A stretch of DNA of 64,000 bases from a virus. Lineage: Duplodnaviria > Heunggongvirae > Uroviricota > Caudoviricetes. The position numbers and the translations under genes are program-made. Positions 29,493 through 39,118 of this stretch are shown piece after piece. Each line of letters opens with the position of its first letter. Position 1 is the stretch's first letter. The notes beneath the pieces were generated by a model, which was not told where the DNA came from, ran no database searches, and saw nothing but the letters and a program-made list of their open reading frames with translations. The stretch lies in IMG/VR virus record IMGVR_UViG_3300034157_000066. One strand, 5' to 3'.

Positions 29493-29653
29493 AGAAAGGG
29501 CCAGATGGCCCTTTTTTTTATTCCTTGTCAATCAAGAAGATGGCTTATTTTATTCATGTAAATTTTAGAAAAAAACAAAAATAATGCTTTACAGTGGTTT
29601 CCTTTTTACTTATAATAACCCCATCGAAACGAAACAACATAAGGATACAAAAT

Positions 29654-29785
29654 ATGCAAGGTTCTCACCGCGACATGATGGAAAAGTTTGCAGGCAAGCA
29701 GAAAGACACCACCAAACGTGGCGAAAACAAAGCCAGCCGTCAAATGCGTGACCAGCGTCGTCAGCGTCATCCAGACGCAGAATAA
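29654..29785 (+). CDS. 43-aa basic peptide, copy 3 (divergent)
   Basis: MQGSHRDMMEKFAGKQKDTTKRGENKASRQMRDQRRQRHPDAE; AAGGA SD. Confidence 0.85.
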   Translation: MQGSHRDMMEKFAGKQKDTTKRGENKASRQMRDQRRQRHPDAE

Positions 29786-29791
29786 AACCAC

Positions 29792-29876
29792 GCCCGGTTG
29801 GTGAAATTGGTAGACACGAGGGACTTAAAATCCCTTTCCGTAAGGAGTGCCGGTTCGAGTCCGGCACCGGGCACCA
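29792..29876 (+). tRNA. tRNA-Leu (anticodon TAA)
   Basis: GCCCGGT/ACCGGGC acceptor, TGGTAGA D-loop, AGGGA-CTTAAAA-TCCCT anticodon arm, long variable arm, GTTCGAG T-loop, encoded CCA. Confidence 0.95.
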
Positions 29877-29914
29877 GATTAAAAATAACATTAACCACTT
29901 TTTACTTAATGAGT

Positions 29915-30049
29915 GTGCCAGAGGTGAGCCAATAATGCAGCATTAAAACTTAATTTAATCTATAATTGAATCTAGTATAATGATTGTTGAATACCGACTA
30001 ACCCTTAGTTCCTATTAAAGTAAGTGCCAGAGGTGAACTACCGATGCAG
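29915..30049 (+). repeat. two copies of GTGCCAGAGGTGA-N7-ATGCAG, 109 bp apart
   Basis: 29915..29940 and 30024..30049. Confidence 0.85.
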
Positions 30050-30204
30050 TTCTAAATTCAAATAAAATTGAGAATTTAAATTTGATATTAGTATAAAGAA
30101 AAACCCCGTTGACTCGGGGTTTTTTATTGCGTTAAATTCAAAAATAAGTTTATTTCCTGTCTTTTCTTTGGTATAATAACGCTATTCCATACAGGGTCAT
30201 TGCC

Positions 30205-30915
30205 ATGAAAAACACTACCCCCATGCAAGTCTTGAAACCTTTGTTGACTCTGTTTAAGAATCTTCAAGGCTTTACGCTTATTGAATTAAATGGCAAAAAA
30301 GGTGGCACTACTTTTGTCGGTTCGACAATGTATAAATCAAAACCTGTCACGTTTGATTATATTGCTATCTTGGGCACTGGTGGTATCTACCATGACTTGG
30401 GAAGCCATAAACGCTTTGTCAACACTATCTCACTGGCTTTCAGCTATACTGACCGTGAAACGGCTGTCGTGCGGGCGGGTGTGGGCATTCACCACCGGGT
30501 TGACTACTCAGCGGAGATTGATGTTTCCACTGCAAAAACCCTGCTCACCGTATTTTTGGAAAACCCAACGATTGAGCATTTTGTTAAGACATTCAGTATC
30601 CTTCAAAGTTCTAAACTTAACGATTCTGATATTCGTCAATTTAAGGCACCGTATCTTGTAAAAGTAGATACCTTGAAATTGAAACTGGACAAGTTGAATG
30701 AATCGTTGAGAATTAAACGCAATCAATACTATGCGTTGAAAGGTAAAGGTAAGTCAGCCGAAGTTCAAAAAGAAGTCGAACACCTTCATGACCAAGTTAA
30801 AGCCCTTCAACAAGAACTTCGCTCTATTTTCAAAGATGATACGAAAAATATGCCCTATGTTGTAAGGCATTCGTTCAACAAAGAGACGGAACAAGTTCAA
30901 TTTCGTTATACCTAA
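30205..30915 (+). CDS. hypothetical protein, paralog of 2466..3209
   Basis: see 2466; C-terminal coiled coil. Confidence 0.75.
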   Translation: MKNTTPMQVLKPLLTLFKNLQGFTLIELNGKKGGTTFVGSTMYKSKPVTFDYIAILGTGGIYHDLGSHKRFVNTISLAFSYTDRETAVVRAGVGIHHRVDYSAEIDVSTAKTLLTVFLENPTIEHFVKTFSILQSSKLNDSDIRQFKAPYLVKVDTLKLKLDKLNESLRIKRNQYYALKGKGKSAEVQKEVEHLHDQVKALQQELRSIFKDDTKNMPYVVRHSFNKETEQVQFRYT

Positions 30916-30981
30916 CGAAAAAGATAGCTTTAAAAACTCAATTTTGGTATAATGGGTTATCAAATCAAAAAGGATATTTAC

Positions 30982-31218
30982 ATGCGTCGTAATTATGAAG
31001 AAATCAATAAAAAATGCGAACTCCTGCAAAATCTTGGCTTTGAGATTGAGCATCAAGATTCTCGCGTTAGCTTTAATGGTCATCTTTTTGATTTTTCAGC
31101 CATTGCCTGCGATGAAGCGTCTATCTTGAAAACAGCCTTGACTGTTATGTTTGAGCATGGCCGGGAACAAGGTAAAGAAGAAATACGGGATGGCATGAAG
31201 AAACTCCTGCAGATCTGA
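30982..31218 (+). CDS. hypothetical protein
   Basis: AAGGA SD. Confidence 0.7.
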   Translation: MRRNYEEINKKCELLQNLGFEIEHQDSRVSFNGHLFDFSAIACDEASILKTALTVMFEHGREQGKEEIRDGMKKLLQI

Positions 31219-31261
31219 TTTATCCTTGTAAAATAATTTTTGGGTAAAAATAGGTGAACAC

Positions 31262-31456
31262 ATGACTGAATATGGCATTGCACGAAATACCCGAAACCTT
31301 GCAGACACTTCTGGCATTATCTGTTCTGGTTTGTCAAAAGGTGCGGCAGAGGATTGGATGCATTCTCACCTTGCCAGTCAGGGAAGTCAGACTGAATTCT
31401 GTATCGTCAGTCGTGAAGTCAGTGATTGGGACTTGGCAGAAGACGCAGAAGTTTAA
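31262..31456 (+). CDS. hypothetical protein
   Basis: AGGTG SD. Confidence 0.65.
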   Translation: MTEYGIARNTRNLADTSGIICSGLSKGAAEDWMHSHLASQGSQTEFCIVSREVSDWDLAEDAEV

Positions 31457-31586
31457 AGGTTCCATCAACATTGAATAAAACGTGCCCTTCGGGGCATTTT
31501 TTATGACTTAAAATTGATATTTATAAAAAAAATGTTGTGTATTTCGGTTGTTTTTGATAAAATAATCACATTGAAAATATTCGTTA

Positions 31587-31853
31587 ATGGTGATAATGAT
31601 GAACTATCCACATCTTCTTGATAAAGTTCAGGTTATTGATGAAAATAGCATTCACTATCTGGAAACAGGTCGTGTCAGTAATTCTGTGATGAATTATTAC
31701 CGCATTGTTGCTCTTGATTGTGGTTGTGTGGCAAAATTCTTTCTGTGTGATATTGCCTGTAAAGGTTATGGTGACAAAGAAGGTCGTTATCTTTATACAA
31801 CTGGCTTGCCTTTTAAAACGTGTGAAAAACATCAACAACCGGCCAACGAATAA
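31587..31853 (+). CDS. Cys-rich hypothetical protein
   Basis: CGC, CDIAC, CEKH; start uncertain. Confidence 0.55.
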   Translation: MVIMMNYPHLLDKVQVIDENSIHYLETGRVSNSVMNYYRIVALDCGCVAKFFLCDIACKGYGDKEGRYLYTTGLPFKTCEKHQQPANE

Positions 31854-31866
31854 GGAGCCTTTCGAC

Positions 31867-32079
31867 ATGAGTAAAGAAGTTCCACACATCAAAACCCCAG
31901 CTTACATTAAGTCGCTTGAAGATGACCGTGTTCGTCTTCAATCTGTCGAAGCTGACAATGCCCGCTGGTTGGCTGAAATCAAACGATTGCGTGAAACGAT
32001 TTCAGAAAAAAACGAAGAAATTCGTGATCTGTCAAAATTTCAGCTCTACTGCTATAAGAATACCGACTACAAAGGTTAG
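31867..32079 (+). CDS. coiled-coil hypothetical protein
   Basis: AAGGAG SD. Confidence 0.7.
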   Translation: MSKEVPHIKTPAYIKSLEDDRVRLQSVEADNARWLAEIKRLRETISEKNEEIRDLSKFQLYCYKNTDYKG

Positions 32080-32178
32080 AAAACCTTATTTTTACTCAAT
32101 CTTTTCTCAAAATATCTTCTTTTTTCGTTCTCATCATGGTATAATCAAACCATCGAAACGAATTAGGAAGATTTTTTC

Positions 32179-32787
32179 ATGGCTAAGCTTTATTTCCGCC
32201 ACGCAGTGATGAATTCAGGCAAGAGCCTCGCTCTGTTGCAGGTAAATCACAACTACGTTTCCGAAGGCCGTGATACTGTCCTGTTCTCTCACAAAATCGA
32301 CAACCGCTTTGGCGAAGACGTTATTGCTTCTCGCATTGCAGGGGCCAGCATTCAAGCCCCAAGCATTTCGATTAACGATGACGTTAACGTGTTCGACATT
32401 GTTGCGGCAAAAGTTGAAGCAGGCAAAGACGTTGCTTGTGTCCTTTGTGATGAATCCCAATTCTATACGGCTGCACAAATCGACCAACTCTCAGACGTGG
32501 TTGACGTGCTCAATATTCCTGTTATTTGCTACGGCCTGAAAAACAGCTTTAAAGGCGAACTGTTTCCAGCCTCGAAACGCTTGATGGAATTGGCCGACAT
32601 TATCGAAAGTCTTGACCAAGTGTGCTGGTGCGGTTGTAAAGCTCGCATGACCTTGAAATTCAACTCCGAAACCGGAGAAGTTATTCGTGATGGTGGTGAC
32701 GTGGAAGTCGGTGCTGAAAGCAAATACCGCTCCGTTTGCCGCAAACACTGGAAACTGGGTTTGATGTTTAAACCATCAGTTGCATAA
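32179..32787 (+). CDS. tdk: thymidine kinase
   Basis: AVMNSGKS P-loop, IASRIAG, DESQF, CYGLKNSF, C.CG.KA, KYRSVCRKHW. Confidence 0.95.
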   Translation: MAKLYFRHAVMNSGKSLALLQVNHNYVSEGRDTVLFSHKIDNRFGEDVIASRIAGASIQAPSISINDDVNVFDIVAAKVEAGKDVACVLCDESQFYTAAQIDQLSDVVDVLNIPVICYGLKNSFKGELFPASKRLMELADIIESLDQVCWCGCKARMTLKFNSETGEVIRDGGDVEVGAESKYRSVCRKHWKLGLMFKPSVA

Positions 32788-32815
32788 ATCATTAAATTTA
32801 ACAGGAGTAAAAAAC

Positions 32816-33082
32816 ATGCTCTCTATTTTCGGAATTGGTCACAAAAAAACAGAAACAAAACCCTTTAAGTCACATTTATTTCATGGGCCATATCAGCCTT
32901 GTGAAGTCTATCAATCACAAGAAAGTGGTATTAATCATCTTGTCGCTCGAACTGTCCATACGAGCAAAGACATTCAATTTCCGCCCCGGTTTCTTTCGAT
33001 TGATGTCGAAGATTGGATGTTTGCCAACGGTTATTCCAAGGCACAAATCTCTATTGATTCTTCAATTAAAATTATTTGGTAA
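32816..33082 (+). CDS. hypothetical protein
   Basis: AGGAG SD. Confidence 0.7.
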   Translation: MLSIFGIGHKKTETKPFKSHLFHGPYQPCEVYQSQESGINHLVARTVHTSKDIQFPPRFLSIDVEDWMFANGYSKAQISIDSSIKIIW

Positions 33083-33134
33083 TTCATTTTGTTTTGTGTT
33101 ATAATGCCTCATCATTTACGACATGGGAGGCTTT

Positions 33135-33662
33135 ATGACCATCATTCAAACCGTTCGTTATAACCTAGCCGACTTGGCTCGTAGGGGAAAAGAACAACGT
33201 ATTAAACAACAACTGGTCAGTCATATACTTGATGGGTTGAATACACCTTATCAACCGGCTATCAGTTATCCACAGGTTCCCCAGTATCGTGAAACCATCT
33301 TCAACTTTTATACCAGACGGCATTACATTAGTCTTAACTTGATGCGAATTATTAACGCTGTCAAAAAAGAGAAAAATGATAAGCTGGCTCATGAAATTGA
33401 TGTTGTTGTGGGTGATTTTTCCTACATCCCTGATGTCAATTCTTACTGCCAGCCTATGATCAGGTTGCAGATCCAGTCACAATCAGTACTTCGACCAGCA
33501 GATGAGTTTGCCTCAGATTCGGCAGATATTGAAATCAACAACCATCGCATGGAACTGAAAATTGTTCGTTGTTGTGAACTCATCGAAAAATATCAAGTGA
33601 GTGATTCATTGCTTGATTTGATGGCAACTTTTTATCATCAGCCAGATATTATTTTAAGTTAG
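33135..33662 (+). CDS. hypothetical protein
   Basis: GGAGG SD, terminator. Confidence 0.7.
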   Translation: MTIIQTVRYNLADLARRGKEQRIKQQLVSHILDGLNTPYQPAISYPQVPQYRETIFNFYTRRHYISLNLMRIINAVKKEKNDKLAHEIDVVVGDFSYIPDVNSYCQPMIRLQIQSQSVLRPADEFASDSADIEINNHRMELKIVRCCELIEKYQVSDSLLDLMATFYHQPDIILS

Positions 33663-33767
33663 ATGGCTATTTATTTGTTCTAGAAAGAGGCTTCGGCCTC
33701 TTTTTTATTGACCATTTTTTAGATTTTTGATATAATCTAGCTTCAAACTAGCCATTTAGGTGATTTC

Positions 33768-34067
33768 ATGAAACAAGTTGCCGCTCTCTTGTCAGCTCTG
33801 TTTAACCCAATTCCAGTTGCTGTGATGGATTTTGAAGAAAAGAAATTGCGTAATTTCTCGCTGCAGGAAGCATTGGCTTGCAAAGAGTTCAAATTGCGGT
33901 GTGGTTTACCTTTTAAAACGATTTCCTTGTGTTATATGGTTAAAGAGGATAATCGTCCACGGGTCTTGATTCAAGTTGAAGGGATGCCTATGCGTTTCTG
34001 TTACTACGATGATGGCATTTGGAATGAATCTGATTATTCAGATTATGATCTTGTTATGGTGGATTAA
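33768..34067 (+). CDS. hypothetical protein
   Basis: AGGTG SD. Confidence 0.7.
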   Translation: MKQVAALLSALFNPIPVAVMDFEEKKLRNFSLQEALACKEFKLRCGLPFKTISLCYMVKEDNRPRVLIQVEGMPMRFCYYDDGIWNESDYSDYDLVMVD

Positions 34068-34129
34068 CTAGTAACTTATATTTACAAGTTGCTTTTTATT
34101 TGTTATAATAACTCTCCAACAAAAGAGGA

Positions 34130-34477
34130 ATGATGATGGCTCCTATAACTCCACCGAAAGAACCTGTTCAACCACTCACTAAACAACAAGTCAAACAAAA
34201 CCTAGCGGATCGAGTTTTCCCTGACTTTGTTATTCAGGCTTTCAACGAATGTATCACTGAATCCAACACCAAGGGTTCGACCACTGTGATGCAAGAAGAT
34301 GTTGTTATTCGAATTCTGGAACTTGGTTCTATTGAACTCGGTGTTCTTGAACGACACACTGTTTTTGAGAACAACTGGCTTGATGTTGAACGTCATTATA
34401 AAAAAGCCGGTTGGAAAGTTAAATACGATAAACCGGGTTTCAACGAGAGCTATAAAGCTTACTTTGTTTTCTCGTAA
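34130..34477 (+). CDS. hypothetical protein
   Basis: AGAGGA SD; WLDVE.HYKKAGWKV.YDKPGFNE. Confidence 0.75.
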   Translation: MMMAPITPPKEPVQPLTKQQVKQNLADRVFPDFVIQAFNECITESNTKGSTTVMQEDVVIRILELGSIELGVLERHTVFENNWLDVERHYKKAGWKVKYDKPGFNESYKAYFVFS

Positions 34478-34571
34478 ATACCATTCATTGTTTTAAAGAG
34501 GCTTCGGCCTCTTTTTTGTTGTTTAAAATTTATATTTATGATATCATTGCTCTATCTTATGGGAGTATCCT

Positions 34572-34943
34572 ATGCACGCCTCATTAAAGCACCCTAGTTT
34601 TTCTTTCTACCAAAAAATGTTCGACTTCATTGTAATACAGCTTCGTTCTTGTTTTTTTACAGGTAAACTGACTGCTGAACAATTTACTAATGGTATGTTG
34701 ACCATTACTGATATTTCTGTGAAGTTCTATGACCTCGATACTGCGAATGTTGTTGTTCTCTGTCGGGCTGAGTTTGACATTCTTGAAAATGCCTACAAAG
34801 CCATGAAAGAGGATGTCCTCAGTTTAACCCCGCAAACAGAACTTGATGCCTTAATGCTTAAATCTACTTCTGATGGTTATGACCAGTGTTTTGAAATCTG
34901 GCGTAATCACATTCATGTTCAAGAACCAGAGATCATCAACTAA
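34572..34943 (+). CDS. hypothetical protein, tandem paralog of 34979
   Basis: F..F.K.FD......R..FF..K.T.E.F shared. Confidence 0.75.
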   Translation: MHASLKHPSFSFYQKMFDFIVIQLRSCFFTGKLTAEQFTNGMLTITDISVKFYDLDTANVVVLCRAEFDILENAYKAMKEDVLSLTPQTELDALMLKSTSDGYDQCFEIWRNHIHVQEPEIIN

Positions 34944-34978
34944 TTAGCTTATCCACTTAATTTTACAGGGGCTTTATC

Positions 34979-35356
34979 ATGCATAAATCATTTACTCAAA
35001 CCACGTTTGCTACCTTTGAAAAGTTTTTTGACACTGTGACTGCCACTATTCGTGGGGCGTTCTTTCAAAATAAGATGACGCCTGAAAAGTTCGCTTCATC
35101 TATGCAAGTTGCTGTTAGTATGGCCGTAAAGGTTGCCAGTCTCAAAGAATCTCATACGGTCATATTTACACAAAAAGAGTTCGATTTGATGAAAATGGCC
35201 TATGAATTTCAAGAAATGGATTTGAAAAACCTTATGCCGGTGGCTGATGATCAAACAAAATCAATCATTCAGGATAAATTGATGGCGAATCGACAGTCTT
35301 TTGAAATCCTGAAAGCTCATATCACTATCAAACAACCTGTTGCAACGGCTGTTTAA
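34979..35356 (+). CDS. hypothetical protein, tandem paralog of 34572
   Basis: see 34572. Confidence 0.75.
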   Translation: MHKSFTQTTFATFEKFFDTVTATIRGAFFQNKMTPEKFASSMQVAVSMAVKVASLKESHTVIFTQKEFDLMKMAYEFQEMDLKNLMPVADDQTKSIIQDKLMANRQSFEILKAHITIKQPVATAV

Positions 35357-35385
35357 ATCAGGTAAATCAAACGAGGTAATCGATC

Positions 35386-35712
35386 ATGCAAGATAATTCT
35401 TTTGTCTTAATGTTTTTTGGTCTTGCAGTATTAACCTTTTTTGTCTTCATGACGTGGGTTATGCTTCGTGGCCCAGTAGAGCGTCTGCAGGCCGATGGCA
35501 CGCCTTATCCCAAAGAACCTGACTGGCAAGATCGAGAAGCCTTCGTAGGCCCATTAGAGCCTTGCTTCTTCTATAACTCAGAAAGTCCTGCAGGTTCCTA
35601 TACGATTGCGTCTTCAAAAATCAGAAAGGAAGACATCAAATGGTTTGGTGCTGAGTTCAATACAGCCGAAATGAAGGCGTGGCTGAATAAGTTTGGCTAT
35701 TATCATGCGTAA
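35386..35712 (+). CDS. membrane protein, paralog of 36435
   Basis: TM plus FVGPLEPC motif. Confidence 0.75.
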   Translation: MQDNSFVLMFFGLAVLTFFVFMTWVMLRGPVERLQADGTPYPKEPDWQDREAFVGPLEPCFFYNSESPAGSYTIASSKIRKEDIKWFGAEFNTAEMKAWLNKFGYYHA

Positions 35713-35956
35713 GCTGATTAACGCTCTTATTTGCATTATTAGTGGGCATTTTTATAGACCGTCTTACGAATCACGGTTTATTTTGTCCGGCAAGTATTCG
35801 CGTTATCGAAAAACTTACTTTTGTTTTACGTGTGACAGGTGCAACAAAAGAACAAAATGGATACCATCCCGACAGCTTGACGCTTTCAATTCCAAGCATT
35901 GTCCAACATGGGGCAATCCAATGTCAGATTCCCAAGGATATCGAAAGAAAGATTGA
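35705..35956 (+). CDS. Cys/His-containing hypothetical protein
   Basis: overlaps upstream stop; C...GH, CDRC. Confidence 0.55.
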   Translation: MRKLINALICIISGHFYRPSYESRFILSGKYSRYRKTYFCFTCDRCNKRTKWIPSRQLDAFNSKHCPTWGNPMSDSQGYRKKD

Positions 35957-36009
35957 TCGCCCAATCAATTCATGGTAAAATGCCTCATCAACTCAATAAG
36001 GTAATCATC

Positions 36010-36339
36010 ATGCCAGAAGTTAACAAGCCTAATCTGAAACCTGTTCCTTATGTGGTGGGTAATTTCTACCGCACTCAGGGTGGTAATATGGTTCGTTTCG
36101 TTCAAGTTCATAACGAAGGAACATCGCATGAAACGATGTCAGACGAATCCGGCGTTCATCGTTATACTCAGCGTGATTATGGCCGTGTAACAGGTAGCTG
36201 TCATGAATACAGCGATCCTCGCAATGTGCTGCCAACTTACTCAATCGAGTTCGTTGATACACTTATTGATGAAATCCAAGACTTGAAAGCACAGGTTGCT
36301 GCACTTCAAGTGAATGAAGAAGACCATATACCAGCGTAA
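36010..36339 (+). CDS. hypothetical protein
   Basis: AAGG SD; G.FYRTQGG.MVR..GRVTG. Confidence 0.7.
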   Translation: MPEVNKPNLKPVPYVVGNFYRTQGGNMVRFVQVHNEGTSHETMSDESGVHRYTQRDYGRVTGSCHEYSDPRNVLPTYSIEFVDTLIDEIQDLKAQVAALQVNEEDHIPA

Positions 36340-36434
36340 CGTGTTTGTTCTTTAAAAAAGCCCCGCTAGGGGCTTTTTTGTTGATTAAATATCATATTTC
36401 ATGTTATACTTTTCAAAATATTTGGAGACACATC

Positions 36435-36740
36435 ATGATCGCTCAATGGGCAGCATATGCTTTTCTGGTTTTCGTCTTTGGCGGATCAATCTTATTGGTT
36501 CTCTATGTGCCTATTCATTTTTCAAGGGTCGATTATGAATTGATCAAAGCTCCCTATAAGACAAAGTGGCCGCACACTATCCATTTTGTTGGCCCTCTGG
36601 AACCTTGCAGGTTTGAGCCATACCACCATTACATGACCGCCCAATCGACCATCAGAAAACAACAGCTTGGCTTTTTCAGTAAAACCACTGAGAATGAGTT
36701 TAAGAAACGTCTCTATCAAGTGGGTGGCTTCATCCTTTAA
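36435..36740 (+). CDS. membrane protein, paralog of 35386
   Basis: GGAG SD; FVGPLEPC. Confidence 0.75.
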   Translation: MIAQWAAYAFLVFVFGGSILLVLYVPIHFSRVDYELIKAPYKTKWPHTIHFVGPLEPCRFEPYHHYMTAQSTIRKQQLGFFSKTTENEFKKRLYQVGGFIL

Positions 36741-36813
36741 TTTTCAAAAAAATGGTTTTTGTTTGGCGATATTCATGTTATAATGCCTCATCAAAACTAA
36801 TAGGGTTCAGGCC

Positions 36814-37251
36814 ATGTCCGAAGTTTCTCAAAATCAAATCGTTCAAGAAAAACAGTTTTGGACGAACGATGAAGTTGATGACTTGCTCAATGAGCTTGAG
36901 AGCGTCATGGGCATGATGTCGCCTTACTATTCGCAATGTAATGCAGGTTCCAGTGCCGAGGAACTTCTTCGGCGGATGCGTAAAAAACAAGACTTGGTTG
37001 GCCCACACTTTGAACAAGTGTATCAAGCGGCTTCTTGTTCTGTCTGCAAGCAAAGCTTTGGTTTGTCTTCAAAAAACAAAGTGATGGACGAACATCAGCA
37101 ACACAGTATGGCAATGCAACACATTAAAGAAGTTCATGGTGTTGAAGATTACAAAGAACGCCGTCAAATGATTGTGAAATCTCACTATATTCTGGTCGAG
37201 TTTGAACATCGGCAAGCTTACCTTGATAGCTTGAACGTTAAGAAAAAATGA
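36814..37251 (+). CDS. protein with C2H2-like zinc motif
   Basis: CSVC..H....H. Confidence 0.65.
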   Translation: MSEVSQNQIVQEKQFWTNDEVDDLLNELESVMGMMSPYYSQCNAGSSAEELLRRMRKKQDLVGPHFEQVYQAASCSVCKQSFGLSSKNKVMDEHQQHSMAMQHIKEVHGVEDYKERRQMIVKSHYILVEFEHRQAYLDSLNVKKK

Positions 37252-37348
37252 TGTATAACGTTAATTGAAAAGGCCACTTCGGTGGCCTTTTTGTTGATAA
37301 ATTTCTTGTTTTATAGTATAATTAACACATCAAATCAGGAAGAACCTC

Positions 37349-37732
37349 ATGAAAAACCTTATTGTTGTTGGGCATGAATGTAATGATGTAGACATGACTT
37401 ATCAAGTTATCAAAAGAGTTTCATTGGAACATGATGTAACTTCAATTTGCGTCGGTGCCGAAAAAGGGTTGTTAACTTCTGTTGAGTGTCAAGCTCATCT
37501 TTTTGCTAACCATCAAGATCTTGTTGTTTTTGATGCCAGCATCAATATTCCCAAACGAAAACCCTTCGCACTTCCAATTTCTCAGATGAGCCGTATTTTT
37601 GAGAGAGCAAAACTTTGGGGTAATAATAATGTTCTACTGGTGCTTCATACTGGCCTTTATAAACGTTATAATCGTATTATTAAGAAAGCATTGGATCAAA
37701 AAATTGACGTTGTGATTGTCCGGGTTTTCTAA
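37349..37732 (+). CDS. hypothetical protein
   Basis: bracketed by duplicated terminator/promoter. Confidence 0.7.
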   Translation: MKNLIVVGHECNDVDMTYQVIKRVSLEHDVTSICVGAEKGLLTSVECQAHLFANHQDLVVFDASINIPKRKPFALPISQMSRIFERAKLWGNNNVLLVLHTGLYKRYNRIIKKALDQKIDVVIVRVF

Positions 37733-37830
37733 TATTTATCGGTGTTGAAAAAAGGCCACTTCGGTGGCTTTTTTGTTGTTTAATTTTTATAACTATAGTA
37801 TAATTAATCATCAAACATATAGGTGGTGTT

Positions 37831-38229
37831 ATGAAAAAATTAGCCGAAGTGACGTGCGTTAGCTACCGAGTAGAACTCACTCATAAACAGTTCATTGCCC
37901 TTGAAAAACGCGATGAGCAAGAGCAAGATGCGAACAGTCATTTTGACTTGCAGTCGATTCTGTCTGGTGTGACTCACGCCGAAGAACTCGAGTTCAATGG
38001 TCACTTTGGGGCGGCTGTCTATTTCAGCTTGCGAGCTGATTGCCTTGATGATGCCGAAGTTGTGGCAAAAATGATCAAAATGTATGCCAACAAGAAAAGT
38101 GTGGATGATATTTTCGATGAGTCCTTGAAGTCGAGCTACAATCATCGCAAAAACACGCAATCTATTTCAGGTTTTGAATCCCGGCTTGGTCGTTATAAAG
38201 ATCATGATGATCAAGTGAAATCACTCTAA
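37831..38229 (+). CDS. hypothetical protein
   Basis: AGGTG SD. Confidence 0.7.
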   Translation: MKKLAEVTCVSYRVELTHKQFIALEKRDEQEQDANSHFDLQSILSGVTHAEELEFNGHFGAAVYFSLRADCLDDAEVVAKMIKMYANKKSVDDIFDESLKSSYNHRKNTQSISGFESRLGRYKDHDDQVKSL

Positions 38230-38353
38230 ATTTGTAAGCCTATAAGCATACGGAAATCTATTTTTTGTTAGCCTATAGGCATACAAGTTGTTGTTATTTT
38301 TAGCCAACATTGATATAATCAGCCTATTGAAATAACCATTACACAGGTGATCT

Positions 38354-38995
38354 ATGTTTAAAAAGCTTCTGGTTGGTTTTAGCCTCTTTCTGTTCTCCAT
38401 CATCACTTTGGCAGAGCCGTTGAAGTACCCTTTCAAGTTTGAAGATTTGAAAAATGCATTGGGTGCCGATGGTTTTATTGAGCTGACTTTGCCTAAGTTG
38501 GAGAATTTTCCAACCGATGGTTTAACTCGCTATGAAGTCAAAGAGATTCCTGAGAATCCCAATTTTGTCATTGTTCGTTTGCATTTAGACAGTAAACGTC
38601 CCTTGGGGTTTCACGTTAAAGGCGACTCAGCCAATAACATTCCGAGTGTCCAGTTTTACTATGGTTATGGAACACTCAATGCAGTTCGTATGGCGTATGA
38701 CTTCAGTAATGAAACCACCAGAACAATTGCTATTGATAAAATGGACGAAACCAAAAGAGCATTTATTGCCAACTTAGAACATGATGGTTATTCTCATACC
38801 ATGTTTTTGTTTGGTGATATGATGAAGGATGATGTTCGAGTGACCTTTTCTGTTTTGGATTATATGCGTTCGCAGGTTCTTTATGCGACTATCACTAATG
38901 ATCAAGTTACAGAGCGATTCACAACGCTTCAAGATATCAACCGCAAGGAAGAGAGTCTTAATCTTAACCATGCCGTTTATAAGGTCTTTCGTTAA
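38354..38995 (+). CDS. secreted protein, possible distant paralog of 53140
   Basis: Sec signal; L...GYS....KD......ITN..V shared. Confidence 0.7.
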   Translation: MFKKLLVGFSLFLFSIITLAEPLKYPFKFEDLKNALGADGFIELTLPKLENFPTDGLTRYEVKEIPENPNFVIVRLHLDSKRPLGFHVKGDSANNIPSVQFYYGYGTLNAVRMAYDFSNETTRTIAIDKMDETKRAFIANLEHDGYSHTMFLFGDMMKDDVRVTFSVLDYMRSQVLYATITNDQVTERFTTLQDINRKEESLNLNHAVYKVFR

Positions 38996-39118
38996 ACAAA
39001 ATCAGTAACACTGGACCCTTATACAGTGATGTTTAAGGGTTTTTTGTTATTAAGTTATTGACCCTGCTGGTCAATTCGATTAAAATAGACGCATCAAAAC
39101 ATTCAACAGGATTTTCTA

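Noticed and set aside
29915-30049. CRISPR array or attachment site after the tRNA
   Set aside because: Only two gapped copies, an 83-nt interval, no cas genes, no duplicated tRNA 3' end and no integrase
30205-30915. QGFTLIEL prepilin-like motif near the N-terminus
   Set aside because: Followed by NGKKGG rather than a hydrophobic helix, and the paralog at 2466 lacks it; coincidental
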